From the NCBI GenBank assembly GCA_965217035.1, contig OZ244226.1, forward strand, positions 2,214,146 through 2,278,145: DNA of 64,000 nucleotides. Direction: 5' to 3'. This document shows positions 30,644 to 39,716 of this stretch, one piece after another. A model generated the notes under the pieces. It was not told where the DNA came from. It did not search any database and saw only the letters and a list, made by a program, of their open reading frames with translations. The DNA is from Bacteriovoracaceae bacterium (GTDB lineage: Bacteria; Bdellovibrionota; Bacteriovoracia; Bacteriovoracales; Bacteriovoracaceae). Within the stretch, counting starts at the first letter, position 1, and every line of letters starts with the position of its first letter. The position numbers and the translations under genes are program-made.

Positions 30644-30670
30644 AAGGGCCGCACTCGCGGCCCTTTTTTT
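30644..30670 (+). terminator. intrinsic terminator between convergent fadD and DUF481 genes
   Basis: aagggccgc-actc-gcggccctt perfect 9-bp stem followed by a T run. Confidence 0.85.
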
Positions 30671-30672
30671 AT

Positions 30673-31425
30673 CTAGTAAGTCGCTAATAAATTAACAGTG
30701 AAGATTGTTTGAGTATCTTCTTGTGGAGACTCAATACTATCGTCAATTGCAATACTGTATCCAAGTTTAAGAGCAAAAGTTTCAGAGAGTTGATTCTGAA
30801 GACCTAAATCAAGGTTTGTAAGCGCTCTTTCATCACCAGTAAATCGTTTCGCGTATTTTAGATCTGCAAGACCAACAAGACTCTTTGTAATTTGTTTCCC
30901 ATAATGAAAAGCAATATAACCGTTCGAGTTATCTCTTTTGAAATCCGCAATAACAGGAGTCTCAGGAGTCGTCGTTCTTTCTTCTTGTGAGAATCTATAA
31001 GCTAGATCAACAGAGAAAAAGTCATTCCCTTTTTTTGGGATGATGTGATAGGTAAGACCGGGAATATCATAATTCGCTCGCCATCTAACAAATTGAAATT
31101 GATCGCCAAAAACTGAAGCTTGGACGAACCAAGAAAGACGGTCACTAAATTTCCGGTCATATCTTAAAAGCGCATTCCAGTTTCTAACAGCGAGGACGCC
31201 TGGTGTGCTATCAGTTGTGTCCGTGTCGTTTTTCCCATAGCTATAATCACCTTTAGCAGTATAAGTACTTTTTTCAGTCGATTTAATAGACTTGTGCTTA
31301 GCAACAAAAGTCGTCGATTCAGTGTTTCCATCAACTTGAGTCATTCCGAGCTCTGATCCATGTTTCCACTCAGCAAAAGCGCTTGAAGAAAGGACTAGCA
31401 GCAACGTCGATACAATTTTCAACAT
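30673..31425 (-). CDS. DUF481/YdiY-like outer membrane beta-barrel protein
   Basis: Signal peptide, W.G..ELG....GNTES motif, alternating beta strands, terminal aromatic residue. Confidence 0.75.
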   Translation of the reverse strand: MLKIVSTLLLVLSSSAFAEWKHGSELGMTQVDGNTESTTFVAKHKSIKSTEKSTYTAKGDYSYGKNDTDTTDSTPGVLAVRNWNALLRYDRKFSDRLSWFVQASVFGDQFQFVRWRANYDIPGLTYHIIPKKGNDFFSVDLAYRFSQEERTTTPETPVIADFKRDNSNGYIAFHYGKQITKSLVGLADLKYAKRFTGDERALTNLDLGLQNQLSETFALKLGYSIAIDDSIESPQEDTQTIFTVNLLATY

Positions 31426-31520
31426 GTAATTCTCCTTAAAAAATTTGGTTTAGCTGAGTATAGATGAATTTTTTTGATTGTCACGTTGCCTGCTAAATAA
31501 TGTTGCCGTATTTTATAATC

Positions 31521-32696
31521 ATGTTATCTAATAAAGTTTTATCTATTGCTGAATCTGCGACTCTTGCCACGGCACAAAAAGCTCGAGAGCTCGCACAGAC
31601 CGGGGTCGACGTTATCAGCATGAGCCTGGGAGAGCCCGATTTCGCACCGCCGGAGCTCATCAAGAAAGCAGCTATCAAGGCCATCCAAGAAAATATTGCT
31701 TCTTATTCTCCTGTCCCTGGTTATTTGGATTTAAGAAAAGCTATTTCTGCTAAGCTAAAACGTGATAACAATTTGGAGTATTTAGAAAATCAAATTGTTG
31801 TTTCAAATGGAGCTAAGCAAGCGATTGCTAATATGATTATCAGTCTTCTTAATGAGGGGGATGAAGTTGTCCTTCCTGCTCCTTATTGGGTGAGTTATTT
31901 CGATACCATTAAGTTTGCCGGTGGTAAGTCTGTTGTGATTACAACTGATATCGATAGTGATTTCAAAATTACACCGGAACAACTTGATAATGCTTTGAGC
32001 GACAAAACTAAACTTTTTCTTTTCAGTAATCCTTGTAATCCGTCCGGAACTGTTTATAACAAAAAAGAACTTGAAGCTTTAGCGCAAGTTTTTGAAAAAT
32101 ATCCTAATGTTCTTATAGCAAGTGATGAAATTTATGAGTATATCGTTTTCAAAGGAGATTATTTTTCTTTTGGAGCGATTCCTTCAATGAAGGAGAGAAC
32201 AGTTACAATTAATGGACTTTCAAAAGCCTTCGCTGTTACAGGATGGAGACTCGGTTATCTCGCTGGACCTGAGAAACTTGTAAAAGCATGTTCTAAGATT
32301 CAAAGTCAGTTTACTTCGGGGGCGAATTGTATTGCTCAAAAAGCAGCAATTGCAGCTCTTGAAGCGGGGGCTGGTTCGGTTTCATATATGAAAGATGCCT
32401 TTCTTCAAAGAAGAAATCGACTTATTAAAGAAATTAATGAACGACTTCCTAGAGTTATTACCAATAACCCTAATGGAGCTTTTTATCTTTTCCCTGATAT
32501 GAGTTGCTATTTTGGTAAAGGAAATATTAAAGACAGTAAGGATCTGAGTCTTTATCTTCTTCAAGAGGCTCATGTCGCAATTACGCCAGGAGAACCTTTT
32601 GGAGCTCCTAATTGTATGCGTTTCTCTTATGCACTTGCAGAAGATCGAATTGTAGAAGCGGTAGAACGGATCGAAAAGGCCGTTAAAAAACTATGA
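31521..32696 (+). CDS. aspC: aspartate aminotransferase (class I/II PLP enzyme)
   Basis: GEPDF, NPCNPSG, SDEIYE and NGLSKAFAVTGWRLGY motifs; ATG at 31521 preferred. Confidence 0.9.
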   Translation: MLSNKVLSIAESATLATAQKARELAQTGVDVISMSLGEPDFAPPELIKKAAIKAIQENIASYSPVPGYLDLRKAISAKLKRDNNLEYLENQIVVSNGAKQAIANMIISLLNEGDEVVLPAPYWVSYFDTIKFAGGKSVVITTDIDSDFKITPEQLDNALSDKTKLFLFSNPCNPSGTVYNKKELEALAQVFEKYPNVLIASDEIYEYIVFKGDYFSFGAIPSMKERTVTINGLSKAFAVTGWRLGYLAGPEKLVKACSKIQSQFTSGANCIAQKAAIAALEAGAGSVSYMKDAFLQRRNRLIKEINERLPRVITNNPNGAFYLFPDMSCYFGKGNIKDSKDLSLYLLQEAHVAITPGEPFGAPNCMRFSYALAEDRIVEAVERIEKAVKKL

Positions 32697-33694
32697 AAAC
32701 TTATCTAACAGGTATAAAAGCGACTCATTTAACTCATCTTGGAAATATGGTAGGGGCTATTAAGCCCGCCATTAATTTTTCTGAGGCTAATAGAGGATCA
32801 GGAGATCGCTTTCTTTATTTTATTGCCGATTATCATTCTTTAACGACTGTAAAAAAAGCAAGAGATTTTAATGAGTATGTTTATCAGGTTGCCGCGACTT
32901 GGTTAGCGTTAGGTCTCGATCCAGAAAATGCAGTTCTCTACAAGCAAAGCGATATTCCAGAAATTTTTGAACTGGCTTGGATTCTGGCTTGTAATACACC
33001 GAAAGGTGATCTCAATAGGGCCCATGCTTATAAAGCGATTGTCCAAGATAATGCTGATGCTGGACGTGATCCAGATAAGAGTGTTAATGCTGGACTTTTT
33101 AATTATCCTGTTTTGATGGCAGCCGACATCCTGCTCTTTGATACAAATATTGTTCCGGTTGGAAAAGACCAGGTTCAACATGTCGAAATGGCGAGAAGTA
33201 TGGCCCAAAGGATTAATCAGAATTATGGCCAAACCTTGGTTGAGCCACAAGAAGCGCTTGCTGAATCAGGGCAATACATCCCAGGGCTTGATGGAAGAAA
33301 GATGAGCAAGTCTTACGAAAATACAATTCCTCTTTTTGTTCCAGAGAAGAAACTAAAAAAACTTATCAATAAGATTACTTCTGACTCTAGTGGGCCAGAT
33401 GAACCAAAGAGCACACACGGATCAGCAATATTTGATCTTTATAAATGTTTTTCAATTAAAGAAGAACAGGATACTTTTGCGAAACAATTTGCGGAAGGTA
33501 TTTCTTGGGGAGAGGCTAAGGCGCAGCTCTTTGAAAAGGTCAATGCAGCTCTGGTTGAACCGAGGGCAGAGTTCGAGCGGTTAATGAATAATCGATCAGA
33601 AATTGATGCAGTCTTAAAGTCTGGTGCTGAGAAGGCGAGGGTCATTGCTCAAGAAACAATGAAACGAGTAAGAAGCAATATTACGGGATTTTAA
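32693..33694 (+). CDS. trpS: tryptophan--tRNA ligase
   Basis: HLGN, YPVLMAADIL, VPVGKDQ and KMSKS motifs. Confidence 0.97.
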   Translation: MKTYLTGIKATHLTHLGNMVGAIKPAINFSEANRGSGDRFLYFIADYHSLTTVKKARDFNEYVYQVAATWLALGLDPENAVLYKQSDIPEIFELAWILACNTPKGDLNRAHAYKAIVQDNADAGRDPDKSVNAGLFNYPVLMAADILLFDTNIVPVGKDQVQHVEMARSMAQRINQNYGQTLVEPQEALAESGQYIPGLDGRKMSKSYENTIPLFVPEKKLKKLINKITSDSSGPDEPKSTHGSAIFDLYKCFSIKEEQDTFAKQFAEGISWGEAKAQLFEKVNAALVEPRAEFERLMNNRSEIDAVLKSGAEKARVIAQETMKRVRSNITGF

Positions 33695-34014
33695 TCTCTT
33701 CCTATGCATTCCCATGCAACATAAGGTTCATTATATTCTTCTTCGCTATGAAGGTCAGAATGAAGCGCCATTAACTCTTTTCTATTAAGTCTTTCAACCC
33801 ATTCTCTATGATCGGCCATCGTAATTTGCTCTCTATGGTTCTCATGGTGAAGAATATGTTCTAATACTGTTTTTCTATCTGGATCTCGATCTCCAAGGAC
33901 TGTCCAATTTGGATGACCTGTATCGGTAGGGTAGAGATGATCACCACAATCGAGTGCAAAGCTTGAAAGTGAAAGAAAAAATAACGTTGAACATAAGAAT
34001 AGGAACTTCTTCAT
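33691..34014 (-). CDS. small secreted His-rich hypothetical protein
   Basis: Signal peptide from MKKFLF at 34014; EHILHHENH and LHSDLH segments. Confidence 0.65.
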   Translation of the reverse strand: MKKFLFLCSTLFFLSLSSFALDCGDHLYPTDTGHPNWTVLGDRDPDRKTVLEHILHHENHREQITMADHREWVERLNRKELMALHSDLHSEEEYNEPYVAWECIGRD

Positions 34015-34118
34015 TCGTAAACCTCTTTTGAAGAGCAACAATAGAACAAAACTTGATAAAGTGGGAATTTTTTTGAAATTCAGTGAAAAATTACAGAGTA
34101 AAAGCTTCTGGCTTACGA

Positions 34119-34985
34119 TTATTTGGTAGAAGCTTTTTCAATTCGTTCCCAAATTGAGCCCCAGATTCCATCATTAGGATATTTTTGAGGGCTAATAAAA
34201 AGAGGTTTTCCTTTTTTACTGAGCCTTCTTAATTCTCCATAGAGTTCTCTAGCGGCGAGTAAAGCATTTTTAGAAAGAATGAGCTCATTCATATCACTAG
34301 AAGGATTATTTGTGATTTTTAAGGGGACAGAAGGTTGGTAATGATCTTCCATCTGGCCAGGTGCTACTGGGTTTGATTTTTCAAGAACCTCACAATCAGC
34401 AACCTTTTCAATATCTTTTTTTAGAATGGCTCCAGGACGATAAAGATGAATCTGCCCATCAACGAGTCCAACAACAGTTGATTCAATTCCAACTTCACAA
34501 GGACCGCCATCGAGAACAGGAATTTTTGAATCAAATTCATCAAGGACATGTTCTGCAGTAGTAGGGCTTGTTTTTTTAAAAAGGTTTGCGCTAGGAGCAG
34601 CTAGAGGAATACCTAATTCTTTAATCAGTTCTATTGTTTGTTCGTGTCGAGGTAATCGAATTCCTACACTTGATAAACCTGCTGTGATTAAATCAGAAAC
34701 TTCATTTGATTTAGGACTTACAATCGTAAAAGGACCAGGCCAGAAAGCTTCAGCCAATTTTTTAAACAAAGGAGATTCTTCTTTTAAAAGAGGCATTGCC
34801 ATCTCTATAGAAGCAATATGAACAATAAGAGGATCAAAGAGAGGGCGTTTCTTTATATGAAAAACTTGTTCAAGAGATTCTTGATTATCAATAGGGGCTC
34901 CTAATCCATAAACAGTTTCAGTCGGTATCGCAACTGGCTTTCCTGATTTTAAAAGAGTAAGAGCTTGTTTCCTTTCTACTTTCAT
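34119..34985 (-). CDS. tsaC: L-threonylcarbamoyladenylate synthase (Sua5-type)
   Basis: PTETVYGL, K.RP..DPLIVH, AAPSAN, GIESTV and APG....HY motifs. Confidence 0.95.
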   Translation of the reverse strand: MKVERKQALTLLKSGKPVAIPTETVYGLGAPIDNQESLEQVFHIKKRPLFDPLIVHIASIEMAMPLLKEESPLFKKLAEAFWPGPFTIVSPKSNEVSDLITAGLSSVGIRLPRHEQTIELIKELGIPLAAPSANLFKKTSPTTAEHVLDEFDSKIPVLDGGPCEVGIESTVVGLVDGQIHLYRPGAILKKDIEKVADCEVLEKSNPVAPGQMEDHYQPSVPLKITNNPSSDMNELILSKNALLAARELYGELRRLSKKGKPLFISPQKYPNDGIWGSIWERIEKASTK

Positions 34986-36754
34986 TATTCACAAAACTTG
35001 GAATGGATTAACTCCATTCCATAAGGTTTAAGTTTATGGGGTTTATAAATATGTTCTTTTCCCATAAAAATCTCGACTTTGTCGAGTCTCAATTTTTGAG
35101 CAATATTTCGTCTTCTCCACTCTTTGCAATAGTATTTTGCAAGCCTTTCTCTCATTTTTTGGTCTGATTCCATTCTCATAAAAGTTTTCCGGATCGATTT
35201 GTTATAAAATCTCTCTCTGATCTGATAAGGAGTGATTCTTGGATCATAAAAAGTAAAAGTGGGTAGCATCAAATTGACTTTTATATTATTCGAAAGAATC
35301 CCTCTAAACTGAAACCAAATATTGGTATTTTTAGGAAATGGAGCAAAGATATTCCAGGATTGGTAAGTATGGAGCCATTGGTTAGCCTTTGATAAAGATC
35401 GATTATATTTATTAAAAGGAGCTAATTGAAGAGAATTTAAACACCAATAAGTCATAATTATAATCAAGGGAATTGCGAGTAATTCTTTAATGATAGAGTT
35501 CTTAATTTTCTCTGATTGATTATAGTTTAAAAAACTGGTTAAATGGCTAAAAAAGAATCTATTCTGTGCGACAAATTTATAAAAAAATTCTCCTGTATTT
35601 TTAAAGATTTTCTTTCTTAAAAGTGGGCATAGAAATTGAAAATGGGATCTTTGAAGAACTTCAATAAAAGCATTAAATCCAAAGTACGTATTCCCGTCTC
35701 TGTCTCTTATAACCCAAGAGTTATTCTCAATCATCATATCATAAATTTCATTTGAACTTTGAGCCTGGAGCAGATGGATTTCTTTACTTCCAAGAACTAT
35801 GAGTAAAATTCGAGTCAGCTTACCGCAAAAACCGCATTCACCATCATAGTAGACATTAAGTAATGAGTACTTCTTGTATGTGATCCTTTCCCAGAAGACC
35901 GATGGAAGAAAAGCTAGCCATAGCGAAATTACATAAAAAGCAAAGTTTCCGACATTCATTATAAGATGAATACCGAAATGGAACCCAATAAATCCTCCTA
36001 TTACAATAAACCTTGTCGGAGTTCTTAGCTTGGGGAAAATACCAAGAAAAAATACGAAAGGAAGATATTTCTCAATGTGAATCACAAGAAAACTTAAAAG
36101 CTTCAAAAGCTCAGGGAAGCTTTTTAAGTAGTCGGCAAAGTTTTTTGTAAAGGCATCGAGATAAATGGCATAAGAAAGAGCGGTATAGTCATTTGTCCAA
36201 ATAGGACTCGATTTAAAGAGCGCACTACAGAAATACATCAATCCAAGTTGAACAAAGAGAGCAAAAACCCAAAAAGAACTTGTATGAGTTTCTAAGTTCT
36301 TCCTTTTACTTAAAGCATGATCGATGGAATACTTCGCTCCCAAGGGGAGAAAACTTAGAATTAAAAGACAAGAACGGATTAATTCATCTCCTCCGTTGAG
36401 TCCCATTCCGTTTCGATTATGCATAGACACGACAAAAATCCAGAGAAAGAAATTAACTCTTCTTGTTTTGTAACCAAGAATAAAAAAGCAAAGTAGGAGA
36501 GCGTAAACTCCAAAAAGAGTAAAAACAAACCAAGGTTGATCATTGATTGCAAAAAGACTCCATGACCAAGGTTGAAAAACTGATGAGATCGCCTCGGAGA
36601 GTGGGAGAAAACCATTTTGTGTATAAAACATTTCAAGGTAAGGAAACATTTCAATAAGGTCTTTTAAAAGGAAAAAACCAATTAGAACTCGCACGAGAGC
36701 GAGTGAACGTAGATCAACTTCAAAGATTTTTCTTATCGATTTCAAATCTTGCAC
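34985..36754 (-). CDS. HTTM-domain membrane protein with inserted DCC/DUF393 thiol-disulfide domain
   Basis: DLRSLALVR start, GGD..R, K.SP.W and Q.W.IFAP motifs; YYDGECGFC DCC motif. Confidence 0.85.
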   Translation of the reverse strand: MQDLKSIRKIFEVDLRSLALVRVLIGFFLLKDLIEMFPYLEMFYTQNGFLPLSEAISSVFQPWSWSLFAINDQPWFVFTLFGVYALLLCFFILGYKTRRVNFFLWIFVVSMHNRNGMGLNGGDELIRSCLLILSFLPLGAKYSIDHALSKRKNLETHTSSFWVFALFVQLGLMYFCSALFKSSPIWTNDYTALSYAIYLDAFTKNFADYLKSFPELLKLLSFLVIHIEKYLPFVFFLGIFPKLRTPTRFIVIGGFIGFHFGIHLIMNVGNFAFYVISLWLAFLPSVFWERITYKKYSLLNVYYDGECGFCGKLTRILLIVLGSKEIHLLQAQSSNEIYDMMIENNSWVIRDRDGNTYFGFNAFIEVLQRSHFQFLCPLLRKKIFKNTGEFFYKFVAQNRFFFSHLTSFLNYNQSEKIKNSIIKELLAIPLIIIMTYWCLNSLQLAPFNKYNRSLSKANQWLHTYQSWNIFAPFPKNTNIWFQFRGILSNNIKVNLMLPTFTFYDPRITPYQIRERFYNKSIRKTFMRMESDQKMRERLAKYYCKEWRRRNIAQKLRLDKVEIFMGKEHIYKPHKLKPYGMELIHSKFCE

Positions 36755-36829
36755 CTTAAGAGTTTTGTCTGTACTCTTAATCGGTAAAACAGTGAATATT
36801 ACTGTTTAAATACGATTTGGAGGAAGATA

Positions 36830-37096
36830 GTGCCTAAAACAGAACGTGAACAGGAAATGATTGACCTTCTCGATCAGAGTCATAATTGGCCAGGTGATTA
36901 TACTTTTAAGTTCGTAATTAAGACGGAATTAAAAAGTGAATTAGACCAGTATTTTGAAGGTTCAACGATTGAAGAAAAATATTCCAGTAGTGGGAAGTAT
37001 ACTTCTATTACCGTAACGAAAAAAATGAATTCCGCCGAAGACGTTCTTGATATTTATCGTAAAATTTCTCAGATTCCAGGAGTCATCTCTTTATGA
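36830..37096 (+). CDS. DUF493/YbeD-like protein
   Basis: WP..Y.FKF, SSSGKYTSIT and IPGVISL motifs. Confidence 0.85.
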   Translation: MPKTEREQEMIDLLDQSHNWPGDYTFKFVIKTELKSELDQYFEGSTIEEKYSSSGKYTSITVTKKMNSAEDVLDIYRKISQIPGVISL

Positions 37097-38118
37097 GACC
37101 TAAGTTTAAATCAGCAATTGTAATTGGAGCGGGAGCTTTCGGAACTTCTGTTGCTTCGGTTCTCGCGAATAATTTCGAAAAAGTTTATTTAAAAGTTCGA
37201 AGCCAGGATATTTATGATGCTCTCAAAGATGGGGAGAATAAAATCTATCTTCCAGGGATAGAGCTTCCTTTTAACTTAACTCCAGTCAAAGATTGGGATG
37301 AACTTGAAAAAGTTCAAAATGTTGATTTAGTTGTTTCTGGGCTTCCTACAAAGGCCTTAAATTCGTTTTATAGAGAACACAAAGACTTCTTTGAGAAATA
37401 TTTAAAAGAAGGAATCCCTTTTGTTTCACTTGCAAAAGGAATTGATACTCAGACACTCGAACTGCCTGATGATATCTTCTATGATATCTTTTATGATTAT
37501 AAAGATCATTTTACTTTTCTTTCTGGACCTTCATTCGCTAAAGAGATTGTAGAAAAACAAATCACGATGGTTTCTCTCGCTGGACGTTCTCGGGAGCAAA
37601 TGGAAAAAGTTTTAGAAATGTTAAAAACTCCTTACTTTAAAGGTCTTCCAACATATGATGTAAAAGGAGTTCTGCTTGGAGGGGCCCTTAAAAATATTTT
37701 AGCTATTGCAAGTGGAATGATTGAAGGTTTTGGCTATAACCATAACACTCGAGCTGCTATGATCACGCGAGGAATTGTTGAAATGCTTCGTTTTGGTAAA
37801 GTCTTTAATGCTCGAGAAGAAACATTCTATAGCTTGAGTGGAATGGGTGATCTTATCCTCACGACAACAGGCGAGTTAAGTCGGAACAAGTCTTTTGGAT
37901 TAGAAATTGCGAAGGGGAGAAAACCTCTAGAGATTATCGAAAGTCAGCGATCGGTTGTTGAAGGTTATAAAACAACGGAAGCTGCTTATTTTCTTTCTCA
38001 GCGATTTAAAATCCGGACTCAACTTTTTAATGGGGTCTACCAAATTCTTTATAAAGATCAATCTCCTCAAACAGTCATGGAAGGTTTGATGGCCATGCCA
38101 ATTAAGTTTGACGATTAA
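37093..38118 (+). CDS. gpsA: NAD(P)H-dependent glycerol-3-phosphate dehydrogenase
   Basis: GAGAFGT, LSGPSFA, ALKNILAIA and GMGDLILT..SRN motifs. Confidence 0.96.
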   Translation: MRPKFKSAIVIGAGAFGTSVASVLANNFEKVYLKVRSQDIYDALKDGENKIYLPGIELPFNLTPVKDWDELEKVQNVDLVVSGLPTKALNSFYREHKDFFEKYLKEGIPFVSLAKGIDTQTLELPDDIFYDIFYDYKDHFTFLSGPSFAKEIVEKQITMVSLAGRSREQMEKVLEMLKTPYFKGLPTYDVKGVLLGGALKNILAIASGMIEGFGYNHNTRAAMITRGIVEMLRFGKVFNAREETFYSLSGMGDLILTTTGELSRNKSFGLEIAKGRKPLEIIESQRSVVEGYKTTEAAYFLSQRFKIRTQLFNGVYQILYKDQSPQTVMEGLMAMPIKFDD

Positions 38119-38242
38119 TGCTGTTGATTTTTACATCTTCTGCGTTGTTACCGAATCTCGGCGACTGCGGCGTACCCAAAGCGTACGGCCCCGTCTTCTC
38201 GCCCTCAACACCTTGAATCTGCAGAAAATCTCCAAGCATTAA
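38115..38242. repeat. ~128-bp palindromic element (REP/MITE-like), single copy in window
   Basis: Terminal inverted repeats ttaatgct/agcattaa, inner gatttt/aaaatc, central cgtac-N7-gtacg; GC-rich relative to flanks. Confidence 0.55.
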
Positions 38243-38319
38243 TTCCTCCTTTTAGTGTTGATTTTTGCATTTTCGACCTTACTCTCTAGCCTCATTTATT
38301 TTGATTGGACAATTTTGCC

Positions 38320-38336
38320 TACGGATAAAATCCGTA
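38320..38336. promoter_or_regulatory. putative LexA operator 1 (TACGGA-taaaa-TCCGTA)
   Basis: Perfect palindrome, repeated upstream of lexA. Confidence 0.7.
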
Positions 38337-38396
38337 AAAAATAGGCTCTATCTATTTGAATTTACAAGAGTTTATTTAGAAAATCGAAATAGGCTA

Positions 38397-38425
38397 TTGA
38401 TTTACGGATAACTTCCGTATATTCT
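38397..38425 (+). promoter_or_regulatory. sigma70-type promoter (TTGATT-17-TATTCT) whose spacer is putative LexA operator 2 (TACGGA-taact-TCCGTA, 38403-38419)
   Basis: The palindrome exactly fills the 17-bp spacer between the -35 and -10 hexamers. Confidence 0.7.
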
Positions 38426-38430
38426 TTCAT

Positions 38431-38447
38431 TACGGAAAACATACGTA
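38431..38447. promoter_or_regulatory. putative LexA operator 3 (TACGGA-aaaca-TACGTA)
   Basis: One mismatch to the palindrome; lies near the predicted +1 and abuts the SD. Confidence 0.6.
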
Positions 38448-38458
38448 AGGAGGCGTTC

Positions 38459-38650
38459 ATGACTAATCAAGAAGGAAACATCGTAGCTCACTACATGCAA
38501 GCATTCAATGGTGGCCACTATCACTTCCCAGGTCAACAACCTATCCAGCAGGAAGCTGAGTTTCACGTGAATATTACATTGGGATTAAGAGAGGATAGCT
38601 TTCTTGATCTTTTACAATTTGAGGAGAGATACCGTGACCTTAACGTCTAA
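38459..38650 (+). CDS. 63-aa hypothetical protein, first gene of the lexA operon
   Basis: Strong SD aaggagg before the ATG; its end overlaps the lexA start. Confidence 0.6.
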   Translation: MTNQEGNIVAHYMQAFNGGHYHFPGQQPIQQEAEFHVNITLGLREDSFLDLLQFEERYRDLNV

Positions 38651-39245
38651 GCAACAACAGGTTCTCGATTACATAAAAGGATTTTTTGGTGAGCAAGGTA
38701 TGGCACCGACTTACCAAGAAATCCAGGGGCACTTCGGATTTAAATCATTAGGGAGTGTTGTGGATTATGTAAATTATTTAAAGAAAGCTGGGTACGTAAC
38801 GACGAATTCGAATGCGACCAGAAATTTAGAACTTGTAGAACAGTCGGAACCGAATATGTTGATTCCTCTATTAGGAAAGGTTGCGGCCGGTTCTCCTCTG
38901 ACTCTCATGAATGATCGTGATTATGCGAATAATATATCCGTCCCTCAATCAATGGTGACCTCTGGCGAATGTTTCGCCCTTGAGGTCGAAGGCGAATCAA
39001 TGATTGAGGACGGGATTTTTGATGGTGATTACGTTGTGATTAAATCCCAAAAAACTGCTCGTAATGGCCAAACAGTTGTTGCTTTGGTTAATGGAGCAGC
39101 TACCATAAAAACATTCTGGAAAAAACAGAATAAGATCGAACTCCATCCTGCCAATTCTTCCCTTAAACCTATCCTGGTCAGCCCTGACCAGGATTTTCAA
39201 GTTCAAGGTGTTTTAGTGGCCTTGATGCGAAATTATTTGGGTTGA
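38634..39245 (+). CDS. lexA: SOS repressor LexA
   Basis: LT.KQ..VL wHTH, PT..EI, GKVAAG cleavage site, GESM catalytic Ser, TIK catalytic Lys; GTG start at 38634 after SD gaggag. Confidence 0.95.
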   Translation: MTLTSKQQQVLDYIKGFFGEQGMAPTYQEIQGHFGFKSLGSVVDYVNYLKKAGYVTTNSNATRNLELVEQSEPNMLIPLLGKVAAGSPLTLMNDRDYANNISVPQSMVTSGECFALEVEGESMIEDGIFDGDYVVIKSQKTARNGQTVVALVNGAATIKTFWKKQNKIELHPANSSLKPILVSPDQDFQVQGVLVALMRNYLG

Positions 39246-39358
39246 TTTGAGTTCTGCCAGTAGGAGTAAGATCGAAGGTACATAAAGGAAACTATGCTGC
39301 GCGATTGTAGCGACAACCTAGGAAGAGCCTAAATCAGCTCAAATAACAGGAGTATGAC

Positions 39359-39427
39359 ATGAAGTTTATAGTAATTAGCTTAATGGTTTGCGAACTCTAT
39401 CACCACTTTCTAACGGTCGTTTTTTAA
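39359..39427 (+). CDS. putative 22-aa hydrophobic peptide MKFIVISLMVCELYHHFLTVVF
   Basis: SD aggag 6 nt before the ATG; below the ORF-track size cutoff. Confidence 0.3.
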   Translation: MKFIVISLMVCELYHHFLTVVF

Positions 39428-39716
39428 TTTATTCTTTCGTTTTATCTATTTCAACTTTATAGCTTGGGGACTTGGTTACGGATTCAATGTTGGAAATTTA
39501 GAAATGGATTGAGAGAAATAATCATAGTTTTTTTGTCCTAACTTTTTTTTCGAATCAGTTAAATCAGGGCAATTATAAGAAAAAGATTGCAATGAAAAGC
39601 TTAGGATCAATAAGAGTATTTCTTTTCGCATTCAATAATCTTATCACTAATCGATTACATATATTAGTGATCAAAAATTACTTAAATGAATTAATCTCAA
39701 CAGAATACTTTGGCAT

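Noticed and set aside
38634..39245. LexA-like gene as a prophage CI repressor
   Set aside because: It has the LexA winged-HTH N-terminus and no phage genes nearby.
39284..39322. GGAAAC...TAGCGACAACC as a c-di-GMP-II riboswitch
   Set aside because: Only short word matches; too short, and I could not find the pseudoknot partner.
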